Part shown: in pieces, positions 1-8,627 of the stretch | How the letters are laid out: every line of letters begins with the position of its first letter | Position numbering within the stretch: the stretch's first letter is position 1 | NCBI GenBank assembly: GCA_017616695.1 | Contig: JAFZXN010000054.1 | Location: forward strand, 35,849-99,848 | DNA length: 64,000 bases | From: Clostridia bacterium | Lineage (GTDB): Bacteria > Bacillota > Clostridia > Christensenellales > Borkfalkiaceae | Direction of reading: 5' to 3' | Notes under the pieces: model-generated | The model's database searches: none | Seen by the model: the letters and a program-made list of their open reading frames with translations, nothing else | Told to the model about the DNA's origin: nothing | Translations under genes and position numbers: made by a program

Positions 1-949
1 TTACTGTTGAAATGGCAATGACAACCGTGACGACGGCGCCGAAAAGTCCTATGAACGGATACGCATACGATACTATATTGTAAAAGCCGAAACGCGACGC
101 GCCCAAAGTCGAAACGCTTAACAAAATTCTATAGAAAAGCTTTGAGCGCTCATTTTCGACAAGCGAAAAAAGCGGATAATGACTTGATAAAAGCGTTGTG
201 AATATTCCGAAAATAAAGCATATCGCAAACGGGTAATATATTATCTTCATATCCCCGGCAAGAACGAGCGTCGGCACGGGAGAAGATAAAGCGGAGTTTC
301 CTTTCGCCGTCACGGCGGAAAGAGCAAAATAGATCAATACGCAAAGAACCACAGCCGACAGCGCGGCGGCGGCAAAGCTTTTTATAACGCTTTTACCCTT
401 GCCCGCCGCGTTGAATAAGGGAGCCGACATAAAGACGTTGAGCCCGCAATAACTTATAAGTTTTACGGGCTTTATTCCGTCGCCGCCGACTTGAGAAAAG
501 CTTACCGACGGCAAAGTTACCGCTATCATAAAAGCTATCATAACGGGAACGAGGAAGGAATTGACCTTTTCGACGCCTTTTACGCCCCTATACAAAATGA
601 TATTCGATAAAATGACGGCAACTGTCGAAAAAATCGGGTAAATATGGTCAATCGAAACAATTTGTTCCTGCAAACTGTCAAGCCCCGACAGCATTCCGCT
701 CATTATGACGAAATTCGAGATGAGAACGAGCGGTTTTACTAACGAATAAACGACGTTATTTTCAAGGTCTTTGACTATCAGGATAAAACTTATGAAAACG
801 CTGAACGCCCCGCAAAGTATCGCCGAAACGAAAAAAGCGTTCTGCCCGTAAAAAAAGGAGACTATCTCCCGCCCGCTGATAAACCCGGCGCCGATAATGC
901 TCCCGATGATAAGAAATGATAATTTCAAGCAATCCGTAAAGTGTTTCAT
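1..949 (-). CDS. YkvI-like polytopic membrane protein (3'-partial; C-terminus outside window)
   Basis: Not in the ORF track because no stop is reached. ATG at 949-947; I checked the frame by hand down to position 2 and found no stop (316 codons). Translation starts MKHFTDCLKLSFLIIGSIIGAGFISGREIVSFFYGQNAFF and ends ...PFIGLFGAVVTVVIAISTV. It is hydrophobic throughout, and the GAGFxSGxE motif resembles YkvI/GerAB-type membrane proteins (family call from memory). Confidence 0.55.
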   Translation of the reverse strand, partial: MKHFTDCLKLSFLIIGSIIGAGFISGREIVSFFYGQNAFFVSAILCGAFSVFISFILIVKDLENNVVYSLVKPLVLISNFVIMSGMLSGLDSLQEQIVSIDHIYPIFSTVAVILSNIILYRGVKGVEKVNSFLVPVMIAFMIAVTLPSVSFSQVGGDGIKPVKLISYCGLNVFMSAPLFNAAGKGKSVIKSFAAAALSAVVLCVLIYFALSAVTAKGNSALSSPVPTLVLAGDMKIIYYPFAICFIFGIFTTLLSSHYPLFSLVENERSKLFYRILLSVSTLGASRFGFYNIVSYAYPFIGLFGAVVTVVIAISTV

Positions 950-983
950 AATAAATAATATTATGTGAACTTTAATAAAATTC

Positions 984-1019
984 GCGGACCGCTTGTGGTC
1001 GGGCGACGTTTAAGTCGCC
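984..1019 (-). repeat. Copy 1 of a recurring intergenic motif (GCGGACCGCTTGTGGTCG plus GGCGAC-gtttaa-GTCGCC hairpin, plus-strand reading)
   Basis: Hand alignment with 4565-4600 and 6832-6867. Lies 35-70 nt upstream of the minus-strand start at 949. Confidence 0.5.
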
Positions 1020-1030
1020 GAAAAAAAGAT

Positions 1031-1064
1031 ATAAAAATAGTCGGGTAATGATTTGCCCGACTAT
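1031..1064 (-). terminator. Rho-independent terminator after the S51 peptidase gene
   Basis: Sense strand reads ATAGTCGGG-caaatcatta-CCCGACTAT followed by TTTTAT, about 35 nt after the stop at 1099. Confidence 0.6.
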
Positions 1065-1098
1065 TGATGATTCGGTGTGTTTTTCAAAAAATCGCGGA

Positions 1099-1809
1099 TC
1101 ATTCGGAGATCGGGGAGATCTCAAAAGTTTCGATCGTTCCGAGGTTTTTTCTTAAAATATAACTTTTACCGCCGGAAGATAGCGAACCTACAAGCTCGCC
1201 GTTTTTAAAAACGAGCGCCGAATCTGCCTCGACGGCGTACGAAGAATTTATTTCGCTATTTAACAGCGCCGCGTTGAAATCGGGCTTTCTGTCGTCGTAA
1301 TGCGGACACATAGTCCCTTTTATAACGTTCATACCGGGATAAAACGAATAGGAGTCGCCACCCGTCACGAACGAGCTGTCGGTGTACATGGTCTCAAAAA
1401 AGCATATCCCGCCGGCGGAAAGACCGCTGACGATGACTCCGCGCTCGTAAGCGTTCAAAACGAGATCGTAAAGCCCCGTCTTTTTCCACGTATCGAGCAT
1501 AAAAACGGTGTCGCCGCCGCCGATATACAAAAAGTCGGCTTTCTCGAATTTGGCGGCTATCTTTTCGTAAGACATTTCGCCGTAAACGGTAAGCGCGCAA
1601 TCGGCTTTAATGTCGAATTCGCCCGTGAAAGTCTTTCTGAAAGTATTGAAATACGGCATAAAGTCGTGGCTTGCGGTGCCTATAAAAAGTCCGTAAGCCC
1701 GTTTTCCTTGCGCGTGCTTTTTTGCAAGCGCGGCAACGTAAGAGTCGATCTTCAAAGTCGTTTTCGTCCTCAGATCGCCGCCGCCTATCGAAACGTAGAT
1801 CTTATCCAT
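1099..1809 (-). CDS. Peptidase S51 (dipeptidase E) family protein
   Basis: 236-aa ORF. GLSAGG nucleophile-elbow motif and overall layout typical of peptidase E / class-I glutamine-amidotransferase-like proteins. Confidence 0.75.
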   Translation of the reverse strand: MDKIYVSIGGGDLRTKTTLKIDSYVAALAKKHAQGKRAYGLFIGTASHDFMPYFNTFRKTFTGEFDIKADCALTVYGEMSYEKIAAKFEKADFLYIGGGDTVFMLDTWKKTGLYDLVLNAYERGVIVSGLSAGGICFFETMYTDSSFVTGGDSYSFYPGMNVIKGTMCPHYDDRKPDFNAALLNSEINSSYAVEADSALVFKNGELVGSLSSGGKSYILRKNLGTIETFEISPISE

Positions 1810-3127
1810 TTTCCTTTATAAAATTCAATAACGCAGTTTTTTCGTTGGGAATCTTCTCGTCGATAACGGCGTCGAGCGCCTTATTAAGCGTTTCACCGAC
1901 TTTTTTACCGTCGTAACCGAGCGACTTAACGTCCTCGCCGGAAATTTTCAACGCCGAAAGAGAATAACACTCGTCGTTATCTATAATTTCGCGGTACTGG
2001 CGCAGGCTGTTGTAATAAAAATGCTCGAACCTGTTGATACCGAATTCGGAATGAGCGTAAAGGTCGGCTTTTTTGACGACGAAAAGGTGTTCGATATAAG
2101 TTCTTCCGTGGTCGCGCAACAGCCGCTTTATATGCGGTTTGCCCCCGAGCCACAGATCGTCGTGATTTTTAACAAGACAACACACCTCGTCGATAAAGGC
2201 GTTGGAAGCTTTGAGCCTTGTAAGAGCTTTCTTTGCGATATCGCAAGAAACGAGCCAATGATCGGGAAAATGCCTTTGCCCGTCCCTACCTAAAACGGCG
2301 GTAAAAGGCTTGCCAGCGTCGTGAAAAAGAAGCGCCCATAATACGACGGGGATACGCTCTTCGCAAAGTTTAACGGTCCTTACGGTGTGCTCGTAAACGT
2401 CGTACGCGTGCGAACGGTTCATCTGATCGAATTTATATTCGGGCTGTATCTCCGGCACGGCGCAAAAAATGAAATAACTGTATTTATCGAGCGCAAGATC
2501 GCTGTGAGCGCCTGAAAGTATTTCCGTCGTTTCGGAGAAAACGCGCTCGGCCGAAAGCTTGTAGATATTCGCATATTTTTCGTGCATGGCGGCAAGCGTT
2601 TTTTCTTCGATGGAAAAGCCGAGTTTAGAGGCAAATCTCACCGCGCGAAGTATGCGAAGTCCGTCCTCGTCGAAACGCTTTAAAGGATCGCCCACGGCGC
2701 GGATAGTCTTCGTTTTGATGTCCTCCTGCCCGCCGAACAGGTCTATAAGCCCGCTACTTTTCGAATACGCCATGGCGTTGACGGTAAAGTCGCGGCGCTT
2801 TAAGTCGTCGTATATAGAAGAAACGAAACTGACGTCTTTCGGGTGACGGCAATCGCCGTACTCGCCGTCCGTTCTGTAAGTCGTTATCTCGTAACTTACA
2901 CCGTCTTTTATTACGGTCATCGTCCCGTGCTTTTCTCCCGTCGGTATAACTTTAAACGAAGAAAAAACCCGCATTATATCTGCGGTTTTTGCGTTCGTGG
3001 CAATATCCGTGTCGTGGCACGGAACGCCCATCAACGCGTCTCTTACGGCCCCGCCGACGATATACGCCTCGTAGCCGTTATCGTTTAAAATTTTCAATAC
3101 GTCGAGCGCACCCGAAGAAAAGTTCAT
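1802..3127 (-). CDS. cca: CCA-adding tRNA nucleotidyltransferase
   Basis: 441 aa. N-terminal GGAVRD polymerase-beta-type nucleotidyltransferase motif, RRDFTVNA, and a C-terminal HD-like region (LLFHDAGKP). Confidence 0.88.
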   Translation of the reverse strand: MNFSSGALDVLKILNDNGYEAYIVGGAVRDALMGVPCHDTDIATNAKTADIMRVFSSFKVIPTGEKHGTMTVIKDGVSYEITTYRTDGEYGDCRHPKDVSFVSSIYDDLKRRDFTVNAMAYSKSSGLIDLFGGQEDIKTKTIRAVGDPLKRFDEDGLRILRAVRFASKLGFSIEEKTLAAMHEKYANIYKLSAERVFSETTEILSGAHSDLALDKYSYFIFCAVPEIQPEYKFDQMNRSHAYDVYEHTVRTVKLCEERIPVVLWALLFHDAGKPFTAVLGRDGQRHFPDHWLVSCDIAKKALTRLKASNAFIDEVCCLVKNHDDLWLGGKPHIKRLLRDHGRTYIEHLFVVKKADLYAHSEFGINRFEHFYYNSLRQYREIIDNDECYSLSALKISGEDVKSLGYDGKKVGETLNKALDAVIDEKIPNEKTALLNFIKENG

Positions 3128-3198
3128 TATCCTTACCGAAGCGGAAGAGAGTTATCCGCTTTCCAATATTACGTATCCGATTTCTGAATTGATATCAA

Positions 3199-4533
3199 TT
3201 ATTTACCTACGCAGAATTTGGAGAATATCTCGTTGATTACGTCTTCGTCGCACGTTTCGCCGCTTATTTTGCCGAGAGACACCCAAGCGTCTTTTATATC
3301 CGACGCAACAACGTCAAGCGGAAGAGATCTTAACGACGTCAACGCCGTATCGAGATATTTTATCGCCGCGCTTATAGCCGCAAAATGCCGCTGTTCGGTC
3401 AAAAAATCGCCCTCGAAGTTTATCGTATCGACGCCCGCTTTTTCAAACAACAACTCGTAAAGCCCGTTTAAGTTTTCGCCCGTGATGGCGGATATATCTA
3501 TATCGCCGCGCCCGTCGATAAACCCGTCGGTATCCGATTTATTTACGGCAATTATATGCGGCTTTTCGCCAAGCTCGCCGATAAGCCTTTTATCTTCGTC
3601 GGTAACGCCGACGGCTCCGTCTATCATCAAAAGCACGATATCGGCTTTTGAAATGACCTCTTTGGACTTTGAAATACCTATTTTTTCGATCTCGTTATCG
3701 CTTTCGCGAATGCCTGCGGTATCGTAAAAGTTAAAGCGCACGCCGTTAATATCGCGTTCGCCCTCCACGACGTCGCGGGTGGTGCCTTCTATGCTCGTAA
3801 CGATAGCCTTATCCATACCTATAACGGCGTTTAGTAAAGAGCTTTTGCCGGCGTTTGGCCTTCCGCATATCGCAACGTTCACACCCGCGCTTGCCTTTGA
3901 AGAATTCTTGAAAGACTCAACGAGCGGCACGAGTTCGTTTTTGCATGAAATAAGCGTATTTTTTATGGTTTCGCTTTCGGCAAAAGCTATATCTTCTTCG
4001 GGATAATCTATGTTGGCGTCGATAAGCGCGAGAACGTATTTAAGCTTATCCTGAACGCCTTTTATCTTGTTGAAGAGTTTCTCTTTATAAAGATAAAAGC
4101 CCATTTTTGCCTCCGACTCCGACTGCGCGTAGATCATATCGACCAAGCCTTCGCAGGAAGAGAGAGACATTTTTCCGTTCAGAAACGCACGGCGCGTAAA
4201 TTCGCCGCGTTCTGCAAGACGGGCGCCGAGTTCGATAGTCCGCTTTAAGACCGCACGCGAAATGGCGACGCCGCCGTGACAATGGAATTCGACCATTTCT
4301 TCGCCCGTATAGCTTTTGGGCGCTTTGAAATAGACGCACATTCCGTAGTCCTTTACCGAACCGCAATCTATCGTGCCGACGTACATTTTGTACGGCTCGA
4401 AACTTTTGACGGGAGTCTTCGAGACGAACATTTTTTCGGCAATATCGAGCGGGCTGTCCCCGCTTATCCTTATTATAGCCACGCCCGCCGCAAGCGGAGC
4501 CGTCGAGATAGCTGAAATATTTTCGTAATTCAT
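3199..4533 (-). CDS. mnmE: tRNA modification GTPase MnmE
   Basis: 444 aa. G1 motif GRPNAGKSSL, DTAGIR, NKSD, and the diagnostic C-terminal FCVGK. Confidence 0.95.
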   Translation of the reverse strand: MNYENISAISTAPLAAGVAIIRISGDSPLDIAEKMFVSKTPVKSFEPYKMYVGTIDCGSVKDYGMCVYFKAPKSYTGEEMVEFHCHGGVAISRAVLKRTIELGARLAERGEFTRRAFLNGKMSLSSCEGLVDMIYAQSESEAKMGFYLYKEKLFNKIKGVQDKLKYVLALIDANIDYPEEDIAFAESETIKNTLISCKNELVPLVESFKNSSKASAGVNVAICGRPNAGKSSLLNAVIGMDKAIVTSIEGTTRDVVEGERDINGVRFNFYDTAGIRESDNEIEKIGISKSKEVISKADIVLLMIDGAVGVTDEDKRLIGELGEKPHIIAVNKSDTDGFIDGRGDIDISAITGENLNGLYELLFEKAGVDTINFEGDFLTEQRHFAAISAAIKYLDTALTSLRSLPLDVVASDIKDAWVSLGKISGETCDEDVINEIFSKFCVGK

Positions 4534-4564
4534 AGTTTTTATCGCTTACCATTGACCGCAAACA

Positions 4565-4600
4565 GCGGACAGCTATCGGTCGAGCGACCGTTCGGTCGCC
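4565..4600 (-). repeat. Copy 2 of the recurring intergenic motif (GCGGACAGCTATCGGTCG plus GCGACC-gttc-GGTCGC hairpin)
   Basis: Hand alignment with 984-1019 and 6832-6867. Lies 32-67 nt upstream of the mnmE start. Confidence 0.5.
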
Positions 4601-4623
4601 GTAAGTTGTTATTTTTATATCGT

Positions 4624-5568
4624 TTAATTAAAGAGATCGTCGGGATCGTATTTATCGTCGTTATTATCACGTTTTTCGGCTTCGTTTGAACGGAAACCGT
4701 CGTCTGGAGCAATGCGATTATTATCGGGCTTTTTGTCGGCGTATTCCTCGAAAACGTCGTCGTTTTCGGGTTTTTGCGGCTGTTCGGGCTTATTGCTGCT
4801 ATTCGAAGAATAATCGTGCAGACCGTCGTAATAAGCGTTGTAACCGCCTTCGTCTCCCCTATGACCGTTACCGTAATTATTATATCCCGCAAAGCCCGCA
4901 AATCTTCTTGCGACTTCCGCGGCTCTGTCGATCTTCTTGTGATTTCTGATAACGAAAATGAATATTCCCGTTATTCCGAAAAACACGCCGAGCAGCGAAT
5001 AAAGGACGAACAACCTTCTTTCGTACGCTCTGAAAACGGTGATAGTAAGCATAACGGACGACACGACGTACGCAAGCCTGAACATCATATTAAGGTAATA
5101 CGGAACGTTCAAAAGATATCCGCTGCCGCTTTCCGTGGCGACGGAAATAACGTTATTGGTCTCGAACGCCTGCATGAGCGGGGCAAAATAATAAATATAC
5201 CCGTAAACGTTTGAAAAAACGAAATACCCCGCCGACAGCGACGCGACCAAAATACCCAACGTCTTGCCGTTCATGCCCATTATCCGCCAATTGTTGACGA
5301 GCTTTCCGAGCTGATAATATCTCGCAAACGGAACGAAACCGAGTACGGGCGTCGAAACACCGTTGTTGACCGAAAGCTTATATATCCCTATGCCCATCAA
5401 GACGTAAACGGCGATAAACGTAAACGCCGAAATAATTAAGTAGGTTAATGCGGAATACAAATAGTCAAAGCCGAAAAACACGCTTGAAAACAGCGAGTCG
5501 ACCTCCGCAAGCATATAAATGTAATTGTAAACGTTTTCAAAAAATCCGAATAAAAAATCTCCGTTCAA
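4624..5568 (-). CDS. Hypothetical multi-pass membrane protein with Asn/Asp/Tyr-rich cytoplasmic tail
   Basis: 314-aa ORF. TTG start preceded by GGAGGG with 6-nt spacing. Several hydrophobic segments followed by a low-complexity C-terminus (NNYGNGHRGDEGGYNAYYDG...DKYDPDDLFN). No family recognised. Confidence 0.6.
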   Translation of the reverse strand: MNGDFLFGFFENVYNYIYMLAEVDSLFSSVFFGFDYLYSALTYLIISAFTFIAVYVLMGIGIYKLSVNNGVSTPVLGFVPFARYYQLGKLVNNWRIMGMNGKTLGILVASLSAGYFVFSNVYGYIYYFAPLMQAFETNNVISVATESGSGYLLNVPYYLNMMFRLAYVVSSVMLTITVFRAYERRLFVLYSLLGVFFGITGIFIFVIRNHKKIDRAAEVARRFAGFAGYNNYGNGHRGDEGGYNAYYDGLHDYSSNSSNKPEQPQKPENDDVFEEYADKKPDNNRIAPDDGFRSNEAEKRDNNDDKYDPDDLFN

Positions 5569-5586
5569 ATCGTTACCCTCCGTCGA

Positions 5587-6777
5587 TCAAATAAACATAT
5601 CGATGAATATCAAAGCTACCGCAAGCCCAAGCGAAATAAATATAAGAATTTTCGATAAAGTCGCATTCGACGGCTTGTTGAGCTTTATCCTTTTATTTTT
5701 GACGTAGCAAACCGCGCCGGCATAAGTAAATTGCCCCGCGTCAACGCCGTTCCAAACGATCTTTTCAAGTATCGGCTCGCCGCTTTCGTCGAGTTTATCG
5801 GTGACGATAACGGCATATTTTTTTTCGTCGTAATAATCCGTCTTATCGCCTTGTCCGAGTACTTTGCGCTTGTTTTTCGATAGTAGCAAGTTTATAAAAT
5901 ATATCACGGAAACCGTCATAAACGCCACGCCGATCATTATAAACACAGCGTCGATAACGGCGGCGGCGACCGTTCCCGTACTGACGTATTCGGCAAATTC
6001 CGACAGCGCGGCAAGGATCGTCGACATAAGGTTGTTCGTTAAATGCATTACTACGCCCAGCAAATAGTTTTTCGTCAAAATAACGAGCGAAGAAGCTAAA
6101 AGCCCGAAGAAAAACTGCAAAACGAGTTGTTGCAGATTGCCGTGCATCAGCGCGAACGCAAGCGACGAAACGACTATCGCAAAGACCGTTCCGAACTGTT
6201 TTAACCCCCGCATTATCACGCCGCGGAAAAGTCCTTCTTCGACTATCGCGGGAACTATCGGCACGAGCACGAAAACGTATATAAACGCAAACAACGTGTT
6301 ATTTTCGTCCGTGTGCTCAAAAACGTACTCTTCGTATCTTTCGGCGTAAGTTTCGTAATCGACGTCGTAAAATATCCTGTAAGTATCGTCGGCAAATTGG
6401 AGATGCACGCCCGAAAGCAACAGATACAGCCCCAAAGAAAGCAGCATGGCAAACAGGATATTCACTATATCGAATTTGAAAGTAAATCCTCCGCCGCTCA
6501 GATAGCTTACTCGTCGAATTTTGGAGAACAAAAAGCCGATCGCAAATATCAACGACTGCGAAACTAAAAGCGATAATATCTGAACGACGTAAAAATCAAA
6601 AGTCTCGTGCGCTTCTTTATATGAGTTGAAGAGCATAATAAACACTCTCGACGCCGCAAATTCCGCTACGAGCAGTATTATAAAACACACCGCCGCGTCA
6701 AGCGCGTTGTAAGTGTTCGGATTGTAGGTGCCGACGAGTTTTCTGTTATCCGCCGACGAAATACCGAGATCGTTCAT
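5587..6777 (-). CDS. CPBP (CAAX/Abi, PF02517-type) intramembrane protease family protein
   Basis: 396 aa. EEGLFRG motif, FALMHGN and HLTNN motifs in hydrophobic helices, plus N- and C-terminal extensions. Confidence 0.8.
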   Translation of the reverse strand: MNDLGISSADNRKLVGTYNPNTYNALDAAVCFIILLVAEFAASRVFIMLFNSYKEAHETFDFYVVQILSLLVSQSLIFAIGFLFSKIRRVSYLSGGGFTFKFDIVNILFAMLLSLGLYLLLSGVHLQFADDTYRIFYDVDYETYAERYEEYVFEHTDENNTLFAFIYVFVLVPIVPAIVEEGLFRGVIMRGLKQFGTVFAIVVSSLAFALMHGNLQQLVLQFFFGLLASSLVILTKNYLLGVVMHLTNNLMSTILAALSEFAEYVSTGTVAAAVIDAVFIMIGVAFMTVSVIYFINLLLSKNKRKVLGQGDKTDYYDEKKYAVIVTDKLDESGEPILEKIVWNGVDAGQFTYAGAVCYVKNKRIKLNKPSNATLSKILIFISLGLAVALIFIDMFI

Positions 6778-6831
6778 AGTTTATTTTTTGCCGTTTTTTA
6801 CGGCAAAAACGCAGATCGCCTGCCGCTGAGA

Positions 6832-6867
6832 GCTGACCGCTATTGGTCGTGAACGCGTTGCGGTCAG
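6832..6867 (-). repeat. Copy 3 of the recurring intergenic motif (GCTGACCGCTATTGGTCG), embedded in an 8-bp hairpin CTGACCGC...GCGGTCAG
   Basis: Hand alignment with 984-1019 and 4565-4600. Lies 55-90 nt upstream of the CPBP gene start. Confidence 0.5.
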
Positions 6868-6910
6868 AAAAATAATTATATGATTTCAAACAAATAGTTG
6901 CGGCGAGATA

Positions 6911-8341
6911 TCAATAAGCTCTTGCGAAGAGGACGATGTGTTTTGCCTTCTTGCCGCAGACGGCGCAGACTTCGCCTTCGGCGTTATCTTTAGTGATAAC
7001 TCTCGCAGATGCCGCGGTATCGTTTTTGATCTTTTCTTCGCATTCGCGGCAGCCGCACCAAGGAGCCTTGACGAAATTCCTGCCTTCAACGCCGTCGAAA
7101 ATACCTTTAAGAGTTTTTGCCGAAACGACTTTACCGTCGCGGATCTTTCTCGATTTTTCAAGCATATTTTTCTGAATGGTCGAAAGTAGTTCGGGTATCT
7201 TTTCGAGTTCGTTCAAAGGTAAGTCGAACTTCTCGAAATTGTCCCTTCTCGAAACGACGCATTTTCCCGCTTCGATATCGCGTGGACCTATCTCTATCCT
7301 TACGGGGCAGCCCTTCATTTCCCACTCGTTGAACTTCCAACCGGGGCTTGCGTCGCGTGCGTCAAGCTCTGCGCGAACGCCCATTCCGACAAGTTTTTCC
7401 GTGAGTTTTTGCGCGTTTTCCATAACGCCTTCTTTGAACTGCGCAACGGGAATGACTATTACCTGAATGGGAGCTACGGCAGGCGGCAAGGAAAGCCCTC
7501 TCTGATCGCCGTGAGCCATGACCACGGCGCCTATCATACGGGTGGAAACGCCCCAGCTCGTCGAATAAGCGTACTTATGCGTATTGTCTTTATCGAGGAA
7601 CTGCATATCGAAAGCCTTGGCAAAGTTCTGCCCGAGATAATGGCTGGTACCCGCCTGCAAGCTCTTTCCGTCGAGCATCATCGCCTCGAGTCCGTAAGTT
7701 TCAACGGCGCCCGCAAACTTTTCTTTTTCGGTCTTGATGCCGGTAAACACGGGGATTGCGAGCACTTCGTTCATGAATTTTTCGTAACAGTCGAGCATGG
7801 CGAGCGCCTCGGCTCTCGCTTCGTCTTCGGTAGCGTGGACGGTATGCCCTTCCTGCCATAAAAATTCACTCGTTCTAAGGAAAGGCCGCGTCGTCTTTTC
7901 CCAACGCATAACGTTAGCCCATTGGTTGATGATTATCGGCAGATCTCTGTAGCTTTGCAGCCATTTGGAATACATTTCGCAGATTATCGTTTCGCTCGTC
8001 GGGCGGATAACGAGGTTTTCCGCGAGCTTTTCGCCGCCGGCGTGAGTTACGAGAGCAACTTCAGGGGCAAACCCTTCGACGTGTTCGGCCTCGCGCTTTA
8101 AATAACTTTCGGGTATGAGCATAGGAAAATAAGCGTTTTTGACACCGAGAGCCTTAAACCGCTTGTTGAGTTCCGTCTGGATAGTCTCCCAGATAGCGTA
8201 GCCGTAAGGACGAATGACCATCGTACCTTTGACGGGGCCGTAATCGACGAGCTCTGTCTTTATAACGACGTCGGTATACCATTGGGGAAAATCTTCGTTT
8301 ATGTCGGCAATATTTTTGACAAACTGCTGTTCTTTAGCCAT
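6911..8341 (-). CDS. proS: Proline--tRNA ligase (archaeal/eukaryote-like short form)
   Basis: 476 aa. Class II aaRS motifs, FPQWYTDV N-terminus and C-terminal zinc-type CxxC...CxxC domain ending in Y, typical of type-3 ProRS. Confidence 0.95.
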   Translation of the reverse strand: MAKEQQFVKNIADINEDFPQWYTDVVIKTELVDYGPVKGTMVIRPYGYAIWETIQTELNKRFKALGVKNAYFPMLIPESYLKREAEHVEGFAPEVALVTHAGGEKLAENLVIRPTSETIICEMYSKWLQSYRDLPIIINQWANVMRWEKTTRPFLRTSEFLWQEGHTVHATEDEARAEALAMLDCYEKFMNEVLAIPVFTGIKTEKEKFAGAVETYGLEAMMLDGKSLQAGTSHYLGQNFAKAFDMQFLDKDNTHKYAYSTSWGVSTRMIGAVVMAHGDQRGLSLPPAVAPIQVIVIPVAQFKEGVMENAQKLTEKLVGMGVRAELDARDASPGWKFNEWEMKGCPVRIEIGPRDIEAGKCVVSRRDNFEKFDLPLNELEKIPELLSTIQKNMLEKSRKIRDGKVVSAKTLKGIFDGVEGRNFVKAPWCGCRECEEKIKNDTAASARVITKDNAEGEVCAVCGKKAKHIVLFARAY

Positions 8342-8376
8342 AGTTACCTCTTAAAATTTGTTCATTATTAAATATA

Positions 8377-8404
8377 ATTATAACATAATTAAATTTATTG
8401 TAAA
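8377..8404 (-). promoter_or_regulatory. Candidate sigma-A promoter for proS
   Basis: Sense strand TTTACA-16 nt-TATAAT, about 35 nt upstream of the AAGAGG ribosome-binding site. No T-box leader is present. Confidence 0.45.
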
Positions 8405-8565
8405 GCGATTTTTTCCCACCTTTTGCAATTTTGATTTATTTTCGGACGATTTATTTGTTTTTCAAACGATGACAGGCTCCGCCGATAAGCCGTTTTTTGA
8501 TTGTAAAACGTTTACTTTCAAATAAAAAATCATATTAAAAAGCGGTCGACGAAAGTAAAAAATCG

Positions 8566-8594
8566 TTGACGAAAAGGAAAAATCATAGTATAAT
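8566..8594 (+). promoter_or_regulatory. Sigma-A promoter for tkt
   Basis: TTGACG (8566-8571), 17-nt spacer, TATAAT (8589-8594), 33 nt before the tkt ATG. Confidence 0.6.
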
Positions 8595-8627
8595 TTTAGA
8601 GTAAAAATCTGTTTTTCGGAGAAGATC

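Noticed and set aside
150-344. 64-aa minus-strand ORF, and an apparent TAA at positions 1-3 that might have closed the first gene.
   Set aside because: Both are out of frame with the 316-codon open frame that starts at 949. That frame encodes a coherent membrane protein and leaves the window without a stop.
1300-1821. 173-aa plus-strand ORF.
   Set aside because: It is antisense to the S51 peptidase gene and has no independent support.
6786-6806. Hairpin GCCGT-ttttt-ACGGC, considered as the proS terminator.
   Set aside because: On either strand the T-run precedes the stem and an A-run follows it, so it is not a canonical intrinsic terminator. It may still be a structural element of the CPBP gene leader.
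8342-8565. T-box leader upstream of proS.
   Set aside because: No T-box sequence (GGTGGTACCGCG-like) or specifier/terminator-antiterminator architecture is present. A good promoter lies only about 35 nt from the SD.
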